From a virus (lineage: Duplodnaviria > Caudoviricetes): 64,000 nucleotides of DNA. How positions within the stretch are numbered: position 1 is the stretch's first letter; every line of letters starts with the position of its first letter. The notes below the pieces were generated by a model. That model saw nothing but the letters and a program-made list of their open reading frames with translations. It had not been told where the DNA came from and searched no databases. The position numbers and the translations under genes were made by a program. Location: positions 160,001 to 224,000 of IMG/VR virus record IMGVR_UViG_3300031998_000003. One strand, 5' to 3'. Positions 1-8,011 of the stretch are shown here, piece after piece.

Positions 1-240
1 TCGCGTGATGTATTCGAGGAATGTATGAACCGGTGGGGTCTGTATCTCATGATCTCTGCGACAATCTTCCCGTTGGTTGCAGCAATCTATGCGGCGGGTG
101 TTCACATTGCGTTGGAAACGAAGAAGCCTGTCAACATGTACAACTGGTTCACAATCACTCCGCGTCAGGATGACAAGATTATCCTGACACCGCTTGCGTC
201 TATTAAGCAGGGTCTGAAAGACGACAACAAAAGAGGTTAA
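1..240 (+). CDS. 3' end of a gene beginning upstream of the window; hypothetical protein
   Basis: Frame 1 is open from base 1 (SRDVFEECMNRW...) to TAA at 238-240, followed directly by a hairpin. Confidence 0.7.
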   Translation, partial: SRDVFEECMNRWGLYLMISATIFPLVAAIYAAGVHIALETKKPVNMYNWFTITPRQDDKIILTPLASIKQGLKDDNKRG

Positions 241-243
241 TGC

Positions 244-265
244 ATGAGGCGCTTCGGCGCCTCAT
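244..265 (+). terminator. cUUCGg tetraloop hairpin (terminator or processing/stability hairpin)
   Basis: ATGAGGCGC-TTCG-GCGCCTCAT perfect 9 bp stem; U-tract is weak. Confidence 0.6.
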
Positions 266-286
266 TCATAAATTCTTAAAGGAGGT

Positions 287-637
287 ATGAAAATGATTCT
301 CTCTATCAATTTGCAATCTTCATCGTTCTCGAATCCACCTGGAAAACATGCGGACACGATGGAGGAAGCGATCGCAACAGCATTCCATGATAAGTTCAAG
401 GGTTACAAAGACTACAAGGACAACAACGTTCTGGTGAACTTTGAACATGCCGAGGGTGATCAGCCAGCATCAGTATCCGTGTTCATTGATATCGATGGTT
501 GTACAGAACTGAAAAGTGTCTTCATGCGATTCCAGCAGGCGTTTGTGGATTATATGCATCGGACATATATGAGCAAATTCCAGTCAGAAGCAGAAGCAAT
601 CATGCCGGTTGATCCAGAATCTGGTTCGGTGGGATGA
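287..637 (+). CDS. hypothetical protein (116 aa)
   Basis: AAAGGAGGT SD; stop overlaps next start (ATGA). Confidence 0.75.
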   Translation: MKMILSINLQSSSFSNPPGKHADTMEEAIATAFHDKFKGYKDYKDNNVLVNFEHAEGDQPASVSVFIDIDGCTELKSVFMRFQQAFVDYMHRTYMSKFQSEAEAIMPVDPESGSVG

Positions 638-894
638 ATGGTTCCAGATGGGCCGTCTCGATAATGGATGACGATTGTGAAGACTTGATCATCAAAATGT
701 TTGATACATTCAAAGAAGCCTTTGCATATCTACGTATCAGATATCCATATATGTATTCGGTCGAAACAAACAAGTACCGATATATCTATCAGACAGACCG
801 CGGATCTAATATCTATGTCTCTATATGGGACAGAAAGGAGCTACCCTATGTATATCGTCGTCGGACTCGGAAACTGCGGCAGCCAAATCGTTAA
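634..894 (+). CDS. hypothetical protein (86 aa)
   Basis: ATGA coupling to upstream ORF; overlaps 5' end of the tubulin gene. Confidence 0.6.
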   Translation: MNGSRWAVSIMDDDCEDLIIKMFDTFKEAFAYLRIRYPYMYSVETNKYRYIYQTDRGSNIYVSIWDRKELPYVYRRRTRKLRQPNR

Positions 895-1921
895 GGCGGC
901 AGCTCTTTCCGAAAAACTTGCAGCCGACTCCAAGTTCTATGCAATCGATTCAGTCACATCATCGTTTGACATGAAGTCTTTGAGTAACGTGACACCGCTT
1001 CCGATTATCTCGGATGAAAATACCGGTTCTGGTCGTTCACGTGAACGTGGTTCTGAAATGATGCAGATGCATCTGTCTACTCCGGAATTCACAACGCTCA
1101 TACGTGATTGCGGTGAAAGCAAATCCCCTGTTATTCTCATTTCATCAACTGCTGGAGGCACCGGTTCTGGTGCAATTGTTCCTCTATGCAAAAAGATCAT
1201 CGATGAGAATCCGGATATCACATTGATTCCGATTCTCGTTGTTCCCGCAATGGACGATCCGATTGCATATCACATGAATACCGCTGACCTGATGGCTGAG
1301 ATGGGTGAAATCGGTATCAAGACATATTGCGTGTTCCGTAATAAGTCTAAAACGAGCAACTACACTGAAATCAATCAGGAGGTTGTCACTGCAATCGAAA
1401 TCCTTCATGGCAAATGGTATGGTGCAACAGATGTTGATTCCGTTGATGATACCGACATGATCAGAGTTTGTTCAGTTCCTGGTCGCTTGATCATTGTTAA
1501 AACTGAGGCAACGAATACGCAGTATCTGAAACGGCTCATCACCGAAAAGGTTTTGAACGGCAATCAACCATGGTCTGACCCGTCGAACAACTTTTCAATG
1601 CTGGCTATCTCTCTGAAGAGTGGCTTTGCGAATGGTGACATTGATGATGTATTCGATGATATCAAATCACGGTGTCTTGGATGCCTTGATACATTCAAGA
1701 ATCCGATTCAAACAGACGACTCGACAATGGTTGCAACATGCATCATCTCTGGACTTCCGAATGTGAAACTCAGAGAGATTGATTTGAATGATTATCAGGT
1801 TGCATCCGGCATTTCTGATGGAGTTAAGAAATCGACAAGACCCGACTTCATGAAGAAGAATACTTCTGTTAAGAAGTCTACACTCGGATCGATTCGCGGT
1901 CATAAGATTTCTAACGAATAA
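848..1921 (+). CDS. tubulin/FtsZ-family GTPase (PhuZ/TubZ-like), 357 aa
   Basis: VVGLGNCGSQI nucleotide-binding loop, GSGRSRERG, tubulin signature STAGGTGSG, T7-loop-like SVDDTD; SD GAAAGGAG at 833-840 supports ATG 848 rather than 701. Confidence 0.9.
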   Translation: MYIVVGLGNCGSQIVKAAALSEKLAADSKFYAIDSVTSSFDMKSLSNVTPLPIISDENTGSGRSRERGSEMMQMHLSTPEFTTLIRDCGESKSPVILISSTAGGTGSGAIVPLCKKIIDENPDITLIPILVVPAMDDPIAYHMNTADLMAEMGEIGIKTYCVFRNKSKTSNYTEINQEVVTAIEILHGKWYGATDVDSVDDTDMIRVCSVPGRLIIVKTEATNTQYLKRLITEKVLNGNQPWSDPSNNFSMLAISLKSGFANGDIDDVFDDIKSRCLGCLDTFKNPIQTDDSTMVATCIISGLPNVKLREIDLNDYQVASGISDGVKKSTRPDFMKKNTSVKKSTLGSIRGHKISNE

Positions 1922-2005
1922 GATTTCTTTGTGAAGATATATACATAATTTGTGTGATATCTGATACACAAGGATATCTAAAAAATCATAAGGAGGAACA
2001 TCCAA

Positions 2006-2908
2006 ATGTACGTACAAAACTTTCGCGAGGACCAGATCAGTTTTCTCGATAGTGTCGAACGCTATCTTGAAAAGGCTGGTATCAAGGTCCAAGCGATGGC
2101 ACCTCAGCAGCGTCTGGCAGTTATGACCAATGCTCGCAACACATTGTATTCATACGATGCCCAGATCATCGGTGACGTCGCTCGTCGTATCCTCAGATCC
2201 AATCTCGACAATGATACGGATGCACAGGCATTTATGCTGGCATTCTACTATCATGCTCAGGATCCTGCATTCATCACAATCGTGATGAAGTATCTCGAGC
2301 AGAGAAATGATCCGAGTCTGAATGGTGTGGTCGGTGCAGTTCTTCTGAAGGTGAGTGCGCAGTATATTGCGGAGCATAAGCCGAAGGATAAGAAGGACAA
2401 AAAGGACGACGAAACCACCGATGAGATCAAGGAGATTCGTCATATCCAGGCTGCAATCGAGCGTCTGCTCGGTACTGTTGCTGACACAGTTGTTCTGACA
2501 TGCGGAAACATGGCACATCACGAAGCACTCTTTGTCGCGGCATGCCTCGCGATTAACAGTGAGCAGACCATTATCGAGTTGGTGAAGGCTGACCTTCCGG
2601 TAACAGCTGTCATCTTCGATAAGATCATCACTGATCCGAGTTGCATCATCAAGGGTGCACTGCTTCTGAAGAAGAGCGATCTTCCCACGAAGCTCAGCGC
2701 AAACCAGACTGCATTCCTCAACTCTATCAAGAACTGGTTGTTCAAGAAGTTGAATGATACAGTCGAAGACGCTGTACTGCTTTATACCTATTTGGTCGGA
2801 GTATACGGTTCTGTGAAGCCCGATTTGTCTCCGCTGTATATCCAGATCAAGGATTGCGGAACAAGCTATCCGAATCTGCTTACTGTGGCCAAGCAAATTA
2901 CAAATTAA
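2006..2908 (+). CDS. hypothetical alpha-helical protein (300 aa)
   Basis: AAGGAGG SD; long ORF with biased codon usage. Confidence 0.85.
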   Translation: MYVQNFREDQISFLDSVERYLEKAGIKVQAMAPQQRLAVMTNARNTLYSYDAQIIGDVARRILRSNLDNDTDAQAFMLAFYYHAQDPAFITIVMKYLEQRNDPSLNGVVGAVLLKVSAQYIAEHKPKDKKDKKDDETTDEIKEIRHIQAAIERLLGTVADTVVLTCGNMAHHEALFVAACLAINSEQTIIELVKADLPVTAVIFDKIITDPSCIIKGALLLKKSDLPTKLSANQTAFLNSIKNWLFKKLNDTVEDAVLLYTYLVGVYGSVKPDLSPLYIQIKDCGTSYPNLLTVAKQITN

Positions 2909-2923
2909 GGAGGAACTCGAACC

Positions 2924-3457
2924 ATGGCACAAATTCAAAAGAATCCTATTAAGGAGATCAATCCCGATGTTATCAATCTGATCAAGCCGATCGTTGAAAC
3001 CATGACCCGTAATTACATGGTTGAGCAGCAGATGAAAGGTCAGGTTGGTCCGAATCAGCCGGAGATGCACAAAGCTGAGAAGCTGCGCTGCGTTCACCTG
3101 ATCTGGAAGGGTCTTGAGCCTGAGCCGGCAATGTACATCACAACCGATGATAAGGGCGAGCGCCACATGAAGTGCTATCTCTGCCAGCGTGAAATCGGTA
3201 TGAACTTCGATGACACTGCTATCAAGAAGCTTCTGGATGCACGTACTGTCATCGAGCAGGTGATGTTCTATGGCATGATCAATCACATGCAGGCTGACAA
3301 AGTCGAGATGCTGATTCAGATGAAGTCCATCATTCCGTATATCGCACAGATGGCACAGAACCTGAATAAGTTTGTTGCGAAGGATGACAGCTATCAGGAT
3401 TCCATCGGCAACGTCGGTCGTGAGTATCGGAATTCCATCACTAGCGGCGGATTCTAA
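2924..3457 (+). CDS. hypothetical protein with possible Zn ribbon (CxH...CxxC), 177 aa
   Basis: AAGGAGG SD; RCVH...KCYLC. Confidence 0.85.
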   Translation: MAQIQKNPIKEINPDVINLIKPIVETMTRNYMVEQQMKGQVGPNQPEMHKAEKLRCVHLIWKGLEPEPAMYITTDDKGERHMKCYLCQREIGMNFDDTAIKKLLDARTVIEQVMFYGMINHMQADKVEMLIQMKSIIPYIAQMAQNLNKFVAKDDSYQDSIGNVGREYRNSITSGGF

Positions 3458-3489
3458 TTGCGATTCTGAGCATTCGAATGTTGAGAAAG

Positions 3490-3536
3490 TGGAATACGGG
3501 GGCAGAAGCCCCCGTATTCCATTTGTTTTTTTTTTT
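3490..3536 (+). terminator. intrinsic terminator between convergent genes
   Basis: TGGAATACGGGGGC-AGAA-GCCCCCGTATTCCA 14 bp stem followed by a long T tract. Confidence 0.9.
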
Positions 3537-4776
3537 AGTTTGTACACAACTGCATTGTCGTGGTGGCGGTCATCAGATCACCAGTTGTATTGGAGAACAT
3601 ATTAATGATGTACTTTGCGCGATATGCATCATTGATACTCATACCACGGATTGGTGATTCAAATACCAGATTGAATCGAGAGTTTGGATGGAACAATCCG
3701 ACATCAAAACCAGAACCCGACAAGTCAACTCGAGTAATCTGTTCGTTCAATCTAGCAGCCTGTTGAATCGATACATTACTTCTGTCCATTTTATGAAGGA
3801 TATTCGTTTGTTCGATCTTGTTCTCAACGGAATTGATATCAGTTGTCTCGAATAATCTCGTCAATGGTGTATGATTTGTTTTCAACGTCATAATGTTTGT
3901 GTCAGACATAATCTCAGGATTTAGGATTCGTTCTATATCCGTTTCAGAAATGACAGATACTGACGTCGCAATTGTTTGCATTTTGTATCCACCGTCTGTA
4001 TTGAACATACCACTGATATCTGTGTTCTGCTTTGCAGCCTTTACGTAAATTGGTATTGTGGTGGTTCCGTTGGATGACACGGTTGAACACAGATACATTT
4101 TGTCTATGTCGCCATAAAGTATGCCGCCGTATTGATAGATACCGTAATATCTATCAAAATACGAAAATGCATCGATTGCCGATAGATTTGGTATCAATAT
4201 CTGGTCATAACGGTTCTGGTTCTCAATGGGATCCATCTGAACATTTGAAATACCGCAACGTCTGAAAATATCTTGAATGACCGTTTCTAATGAAACATCC
4301 CGGTATATAGATTGGGCTCGTTGTTTCATCTGATGAATCTGCGTATCGTTATATCCATATATTTCGAACTTAACTTTTTTTGATGCGTTCAAGAGCGGTT
4401 CTCCTGAATTGGATGTATCAATCTGATATTCATCAATTTTCGATGTCGGGATATTCTTGTTTTCAATATATCCCTTCAGCTGTAATGAAATACTGGTTGC
4501 TGGAGCAACAAGTGTTGTTTCTTTTGTATCCGTATTCATCTTGTATACACCTGCATCCAAGTTTCCTCTGATCTGGAGATTATCAGGAGATTCATTGATT
4601 TCTTGAATCACAGATAGATCTGCTTGGAGACGGAATCTGATGATTGGATATGTTGCGGTATCATATCGGTGAATCATCGCAATTGATATGATATCTGAAG
4701 CCGGAAGCTCAACAACATTGTCGTTTATGATCAACGCGGCAGTCAATTTGTACATTGTGCTATAGACATCTGCCAT
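3535..4776 (-). CDS. virion protein, putative baseplate hub (gp27/Mu gp44-like fold)
   Basis: 413 aa; LETVIQDIF...QILIPNLSAIDAFSYFDRYYG pattern and beta-rich ends resemble hub proteins; GAGGTG SD; function is inference. Confidence 0.5.
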   Translation of the reverse strand: MADVYSTMYKLTAALIINDNVVELPASDIISIAMIHRYDTATYPIIRFRLQADLSVIQEINESPDNLQIRGNLDAGVYKMNTDTKETTLVAPATSISLQLKGYIENKNIPTSKIDEYQIDTSNSGEPLLNASKKVKFEIYGYNDTQIHQMKQRAQSIYRDVSLETVIQDIFRRCGISNVQMDPIENQNRYDQILIPNLSAIDAFSYFDRYYGIYQYGGILYGDIDKMYLCSTVSSNGTTTIPIYVKAAKQNTDISGMFNTDGGYKMQTIATSVSVISETDIERILNPEIMSDTNIMTLKTNHTPLTRLFETTDINSVENKIEQTNILHKMDRSNVSIQQAARLNEQITRVDLSGSGFDVGLFHPNSRFNLVFESPIRGMSINDAYRAKYIINMFSNTTGDLMTATTTMQLCTN

Positions 4777-4806
4777 TAAAAATCACCTCTTTGATTTTAG
4801 TCGCCG

Positions 4807-4824
4807 ACCCTTTTATAAGCCCGT
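4807..4824. promoter_or_regulatory. pair of overlapping divergent late-type promoter motifs (AC-N6-ATAA on both strands)
   Basis: + AC-CCTTTT-ATAA 4807-4818; - AC-GGGCTT-ATAA 4824-4813; they share the TTATAA palindrome between divergent structural genes. Confidence 0.55.
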
Positions 4825-4866
4825 ATGTCGTGTCGGGAATTTCAAAATATGAAAGGAATGAACATT

Positions 4867-5820
4867 ATGATCGTTTTCCAAGAAAGTGCTTTTGATCTTC
4901 CAAAACTGTCACAATCTTCGTTGTTCATAAAGTTTGATGAACAAAGTCAGCTGTCACAAAAGATGCGTGAAGCGATTGCAAATCCGGAAGCTTACGTGAA
5001 ACCGGAAACCATGAAAGAGATCATGGCATTGGTTCGGCTAAACGGTTCCAAGTTTGCAAAACTCGCAGCTGATAAATTCGAGAATGGCAAACTGAAGATC
5101 ATTTATGAGAAGGATAATCCACGTGTGTCATCCGTACTCCCGTTCCTCGTTCGAGGCATGAAAGACGGTTCTGTCGTACCGTATGTATTCGCTGATAAGC
5201 TTGTGTCAAACATACAATCTACAAGCGAATACTATAACCTGATGGCTGTGATGGAAGCTGCTTTCTTTGCGGCTTCTATGACGAAGAGTCCTTCTCAGAT
5301 CCTGCTCAACAGACAGGTCGTATTAAACTTGTGTGAATTGTACATCTATCTGTGGTTGATGCCGCTTGAACAGAGATTGTACATGAAAGGTGACAATCTC
5401 ACCAAGGCGGAAATATACATCATCTCGTATTTCTATCGCATGATCGATGGTGATCGTGCATCGGCTGAATCGATTCCGTTCAATCGTTTTCTGCGTGATC
5501 GCGTTCCGGAATCTGTATTGAAAGCAATGGTTGCTGAAGTGCAGGGATTGGAATCTATGGCGATCGAGAATCTGATCGGTCTTATTCAAAATTTGAATCC
5601 TGTTCGTTACAAAGATTTGAAGTCAACATTCATGTCTCATTTCCAAGCTTCATGCGGTGTTCCGCTTATCTTCGCTCTTGAGAATCCACAGTATCTGTTC
5701 TTGCTGCTGACATCGTCTTATTACAAGACAAAGATTACTGCATATGCATTGAACAAGACTGCGTTGGAAACTTCCAGAAAGTGTATGAAGAGTCTCAGTG
5801 GAATTGACCTGAACTATTAA
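4867..5820 (+). CDS. hypothetical protein, probably virion/head associated
   Basis: GAAAGGA SD favours ATG 4867; begins MIVFQES (possible head-protease site); first gene of the portal operon. Confidence 0.75.
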   Translation: MIVFQESAFDLPKLSQSSLFIKFDEQSQLSQKMREAIANPEAYVKPETMKEIMALVRLNGSKFAKLAADKFENGKLKIIYEKDNPRVSSVLPFLVRGMKDGSVVPYVFADKLVSNIQSTSEYYNLMAVMEAAFFAASMTKSPSQILLNRQVVLNLCELYIYLWLMPLEQRLYMKGDNLTKAEIYIISYFYRMIDGDRASAESIPFNRFLRDRVPESVLKAMVAEVQGLESMAIENLIGLIQNLNPVRYKDLKSTFMSHFQASCGVPLIFALENPQYLFLLLTSSYYKTKITAYALNKTALETSRKCMKSLSGIDLNY

Positions 5821-5840
5821 TCACTGAGGAGGTGAAATAA

Positions 5841-7988
5841 ATGCCTCAAAAGAATGATATTGTCCAAACAAACAATGGAATGAACGTTGTCAATCCGGGT
5901 GCAACTACGACAACTACCACAACTACTACGACTACCACACCAACAAAACCAAAGGTTGACATTGTTCAAACAAATGATGGAACGAATGTCATCAATCCCG
6001 GAACAAACACACAGTCTACTACGACAACTACTACCACAAACCCACTACCGACGTATACACACAGCGGTGGAGGTGGATCTTGGGAACCGGCTGATACATC
6101 GTTGGTGATGACAGGTTCTCCTGGAACAGGGGCAAAGCATCATGCTGCTGCAACAACAAGTCTTTCGTATAGTTCTCGTGTACTGACACCTGCAGATCAT
6201 TTGCCAAAGAAAGTATTATTTTGGGATATCTCAAAACATGGGACACCGACAAATGATGCTCAATTTGAGCACGCGATTGAAACATATATAAACCCATGGG
6301 ACTTTGTTGCAGCACAAGGTGAAACTATCAACAAAGTGAAATATGATGCTAGCAGAAATGTATACATCGTTCCGTTTGATCCTGCTATTGCGCATTTCAT
6401 TCAAACAGATGTTCCAATCCAGGCTCACGGTAATGGTGAATATGATCAATATCGTCTATCACCTAGCAACAAACCAACTGATACCAATTTACCACCGACA
6501 ATATTCGGAAACAAATTGAACCTGAGAATCCCTCAACAGATTCTTGGGGATAATACTGTGGCCCGTGAAATAACATTCCGTGGAAGTTCAACAGATATCA
6601 CGGATAATATTGCTGGTGGAAACTTTATCCGACTTGTGAAAGGTACTGCGAGCCTTGAGAATATCATTGTTCCAAAGCATCGTAATTTCCAACCATATGC
6701 TTGGGCACACGAACGAGTTCGTGCAAAGTTCCTGAATGGTAGCATGAATGATGGTGATACGGATGTTAGTGAAAGCTACATTACACCCGAAGATGAATTT
6801 GGTGCGAGTGCAGATCAAGCGTCGCCAAAACAAACATTATCGCCATTGCATCCTTTCACTCGAATATATCCGGAGATAGCGCATCGAGCGATCTGGACAT
6901 CGTATAATCGTACGAAATTACCAATTGCTGATATTGAGCACCGGAAAGCATTTCGTCACATATTCATCTCCAGACCGGAATGTTACATTTGTTGCACGAA
7001 AGGTAGTGGTGAGGCTGGTGACAATCGGCTTTCCCAACAAGCCTTCTTTGATGAAGAATTCCATTCATCGTATATGAGATATCCACATGTATCAGAGATG
7101 TTATCTCCGGTGTATGTTTGTCAAGCACCCGGTGATGATCCATTTGCGAACTGGAATTATCTTCTGACAAACCGTGTTCAAGGTCTGAGTGTAGCAGCAA
7201 CATCTCTCGGTGTTCGAGAATCTGTCACTGCAGCAACAAGAGGAGTTCAGATCACACCTGGTACGATTATCACATCAAACAACGGTGGTACATTGGATCT
7301 TCAATTCCGTGATACAAAGTACATGGATGTATACGAAATGATTCGCATGTGGATGTGGTATATTCACAAACGTACCACGGGTGAATTCTTTCCACCATTC
7401 AATGGATATCGTTTCCAGAATAACTGGGGACAAATGTCTGCAGGTAGTGCTTTCGTGAACGGATACAGAGTGTCTCACCCGTTAGATCGAGCGCTTGAAT
7501 ATTGTGCGTCATTGTACGATATTGTCGTTGACGAAACTGGTACGAACATTCTGTATTGGTGTAAATATTACGGGATCTTCCCAGTATCAGTATCGAATGC
7601 AATGTTGACAAACGACAAGAACAGTGCGCTTGCATCGGAAGCAACAATCACAACAACGTTCCGGTACCAGTATAAACTCGAGAATATCTATCGTACATTA
7701 TGTGAGTTTAACTATAATGCTGGAATGGATGACGCATTGATTCGTGATGGATTTGAAGACTCCGGTTCATTCATTAGTCGTAGATGTTATTTCGGCGCTG
7801 GTGGAATGTTTACTGGAACACCGTTTATCGTTCAACAGAAAGTTGGAAAACGGAATCCGTTGAATCCGTCTCAACGAGCAACCTATCAACCAAGACTGTG
7901 TTTCCGTCTACCGAAGGGTCAAAGCAGTGTTGACTTTATGAACGTCGGTTTGACCAGAAACAATGAATCTGCTGATGGAATCTATTAA
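5841..7988 (+). CDS. virion structural protein with C-terminal tail-tube-like fold (baseplate/tube initiator type)
   Basis: HIFISRPEC...LDLQFRDTKYMDVYEMIRMWMWYI...YWCKYYGIFPVSV pattern typical of tube-fold proteins of jumbo myophages; GAGGAGGTG SD. Confidence 0.6.
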   Translation: MPQKNDIVQTNNGMNVVNPGATTTTTTTTTTTTPTKPKVDIVQTNDGTNVINPGTNTQSTTTTTTTNPLPTYTHSGGGGSWEPADTSLVMTGSPGTGAKHHAAATTSLSYSSRVLTPADHLPKKVLFWDISKHGTPTNDAQFEHAIETYINPWDFVAAQGETINKVKYDASRNVYIVPFDPAIAHFIQTDVPIQAHGNGEYDQYRLSPSNKPTDTNLPPTIFGNKLNLRIPQQILGDNTVAREITFRGSSTDITDNIAGGNFIRLVKGTASLENIIVPKHRNFQPYAWAHERVRAKFLNGSMNDGDTDVSESYITPEDEFGASADQASPKQTLSPLHPFTRIYPEIAHRAIWTSYNRTKLPIADIEHRKAFRHIFISRPECYICCTKGSGEAGDNRLSQQAFFDEEFHSSYMRYPHVSEMLSPVYVCQAPGDDPFANWNYLLTNRVQGLSVAATSLGVRESVTAATRGVQITPGTIITSNNGGTLDLQFRDTKYMDVYEMIRMWMWYIHKRTTGEFFPPFNGYRFQNNWGQMSAGSAFVNGYRVSHPLDRALEYCASLYDIVVDETGTNILYWCKYYGIFPVSVSNAMLTNDKNSALASEATITTTFRYQYKLENIYRTLCEFNYNAGMDDALIRDGFEDSGSFISRRCYFGAGGMFTGTPFIVQQKVGKRNPLNPSQRATYQPRLCFRLPKGQSSVDFMNVGLTRNNESADGIY
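5853..6040 (+). repeat. duplicated DIVQTNxGxNVxNPG + poly-Thr unit
   Basis: NDIVQTNNGMNVVNPGA-T12 and VDIVQTNDGTNVINPGTNTQS-T7. Confidence 0.85.
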
Positions 7989-8011
7989 AATATGAAAGGA
8001 GGTAGATTCAA

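Noticed and set aside
2006-2908. Chimallin (nuclear shell protein) next to tubulin
   Set aside because: About half the expected size and no recognisable similarity; cannot be supported without a search
2150-3547. 465 aa minus-strand ORF and other long antisense ORFs (22476, 25545, 26448, 60617)
   Set aside because: Shadow ORFs opposite codon-biased genes; no SD, no motifs; the 2150 ORF starts inside a terminator T tract
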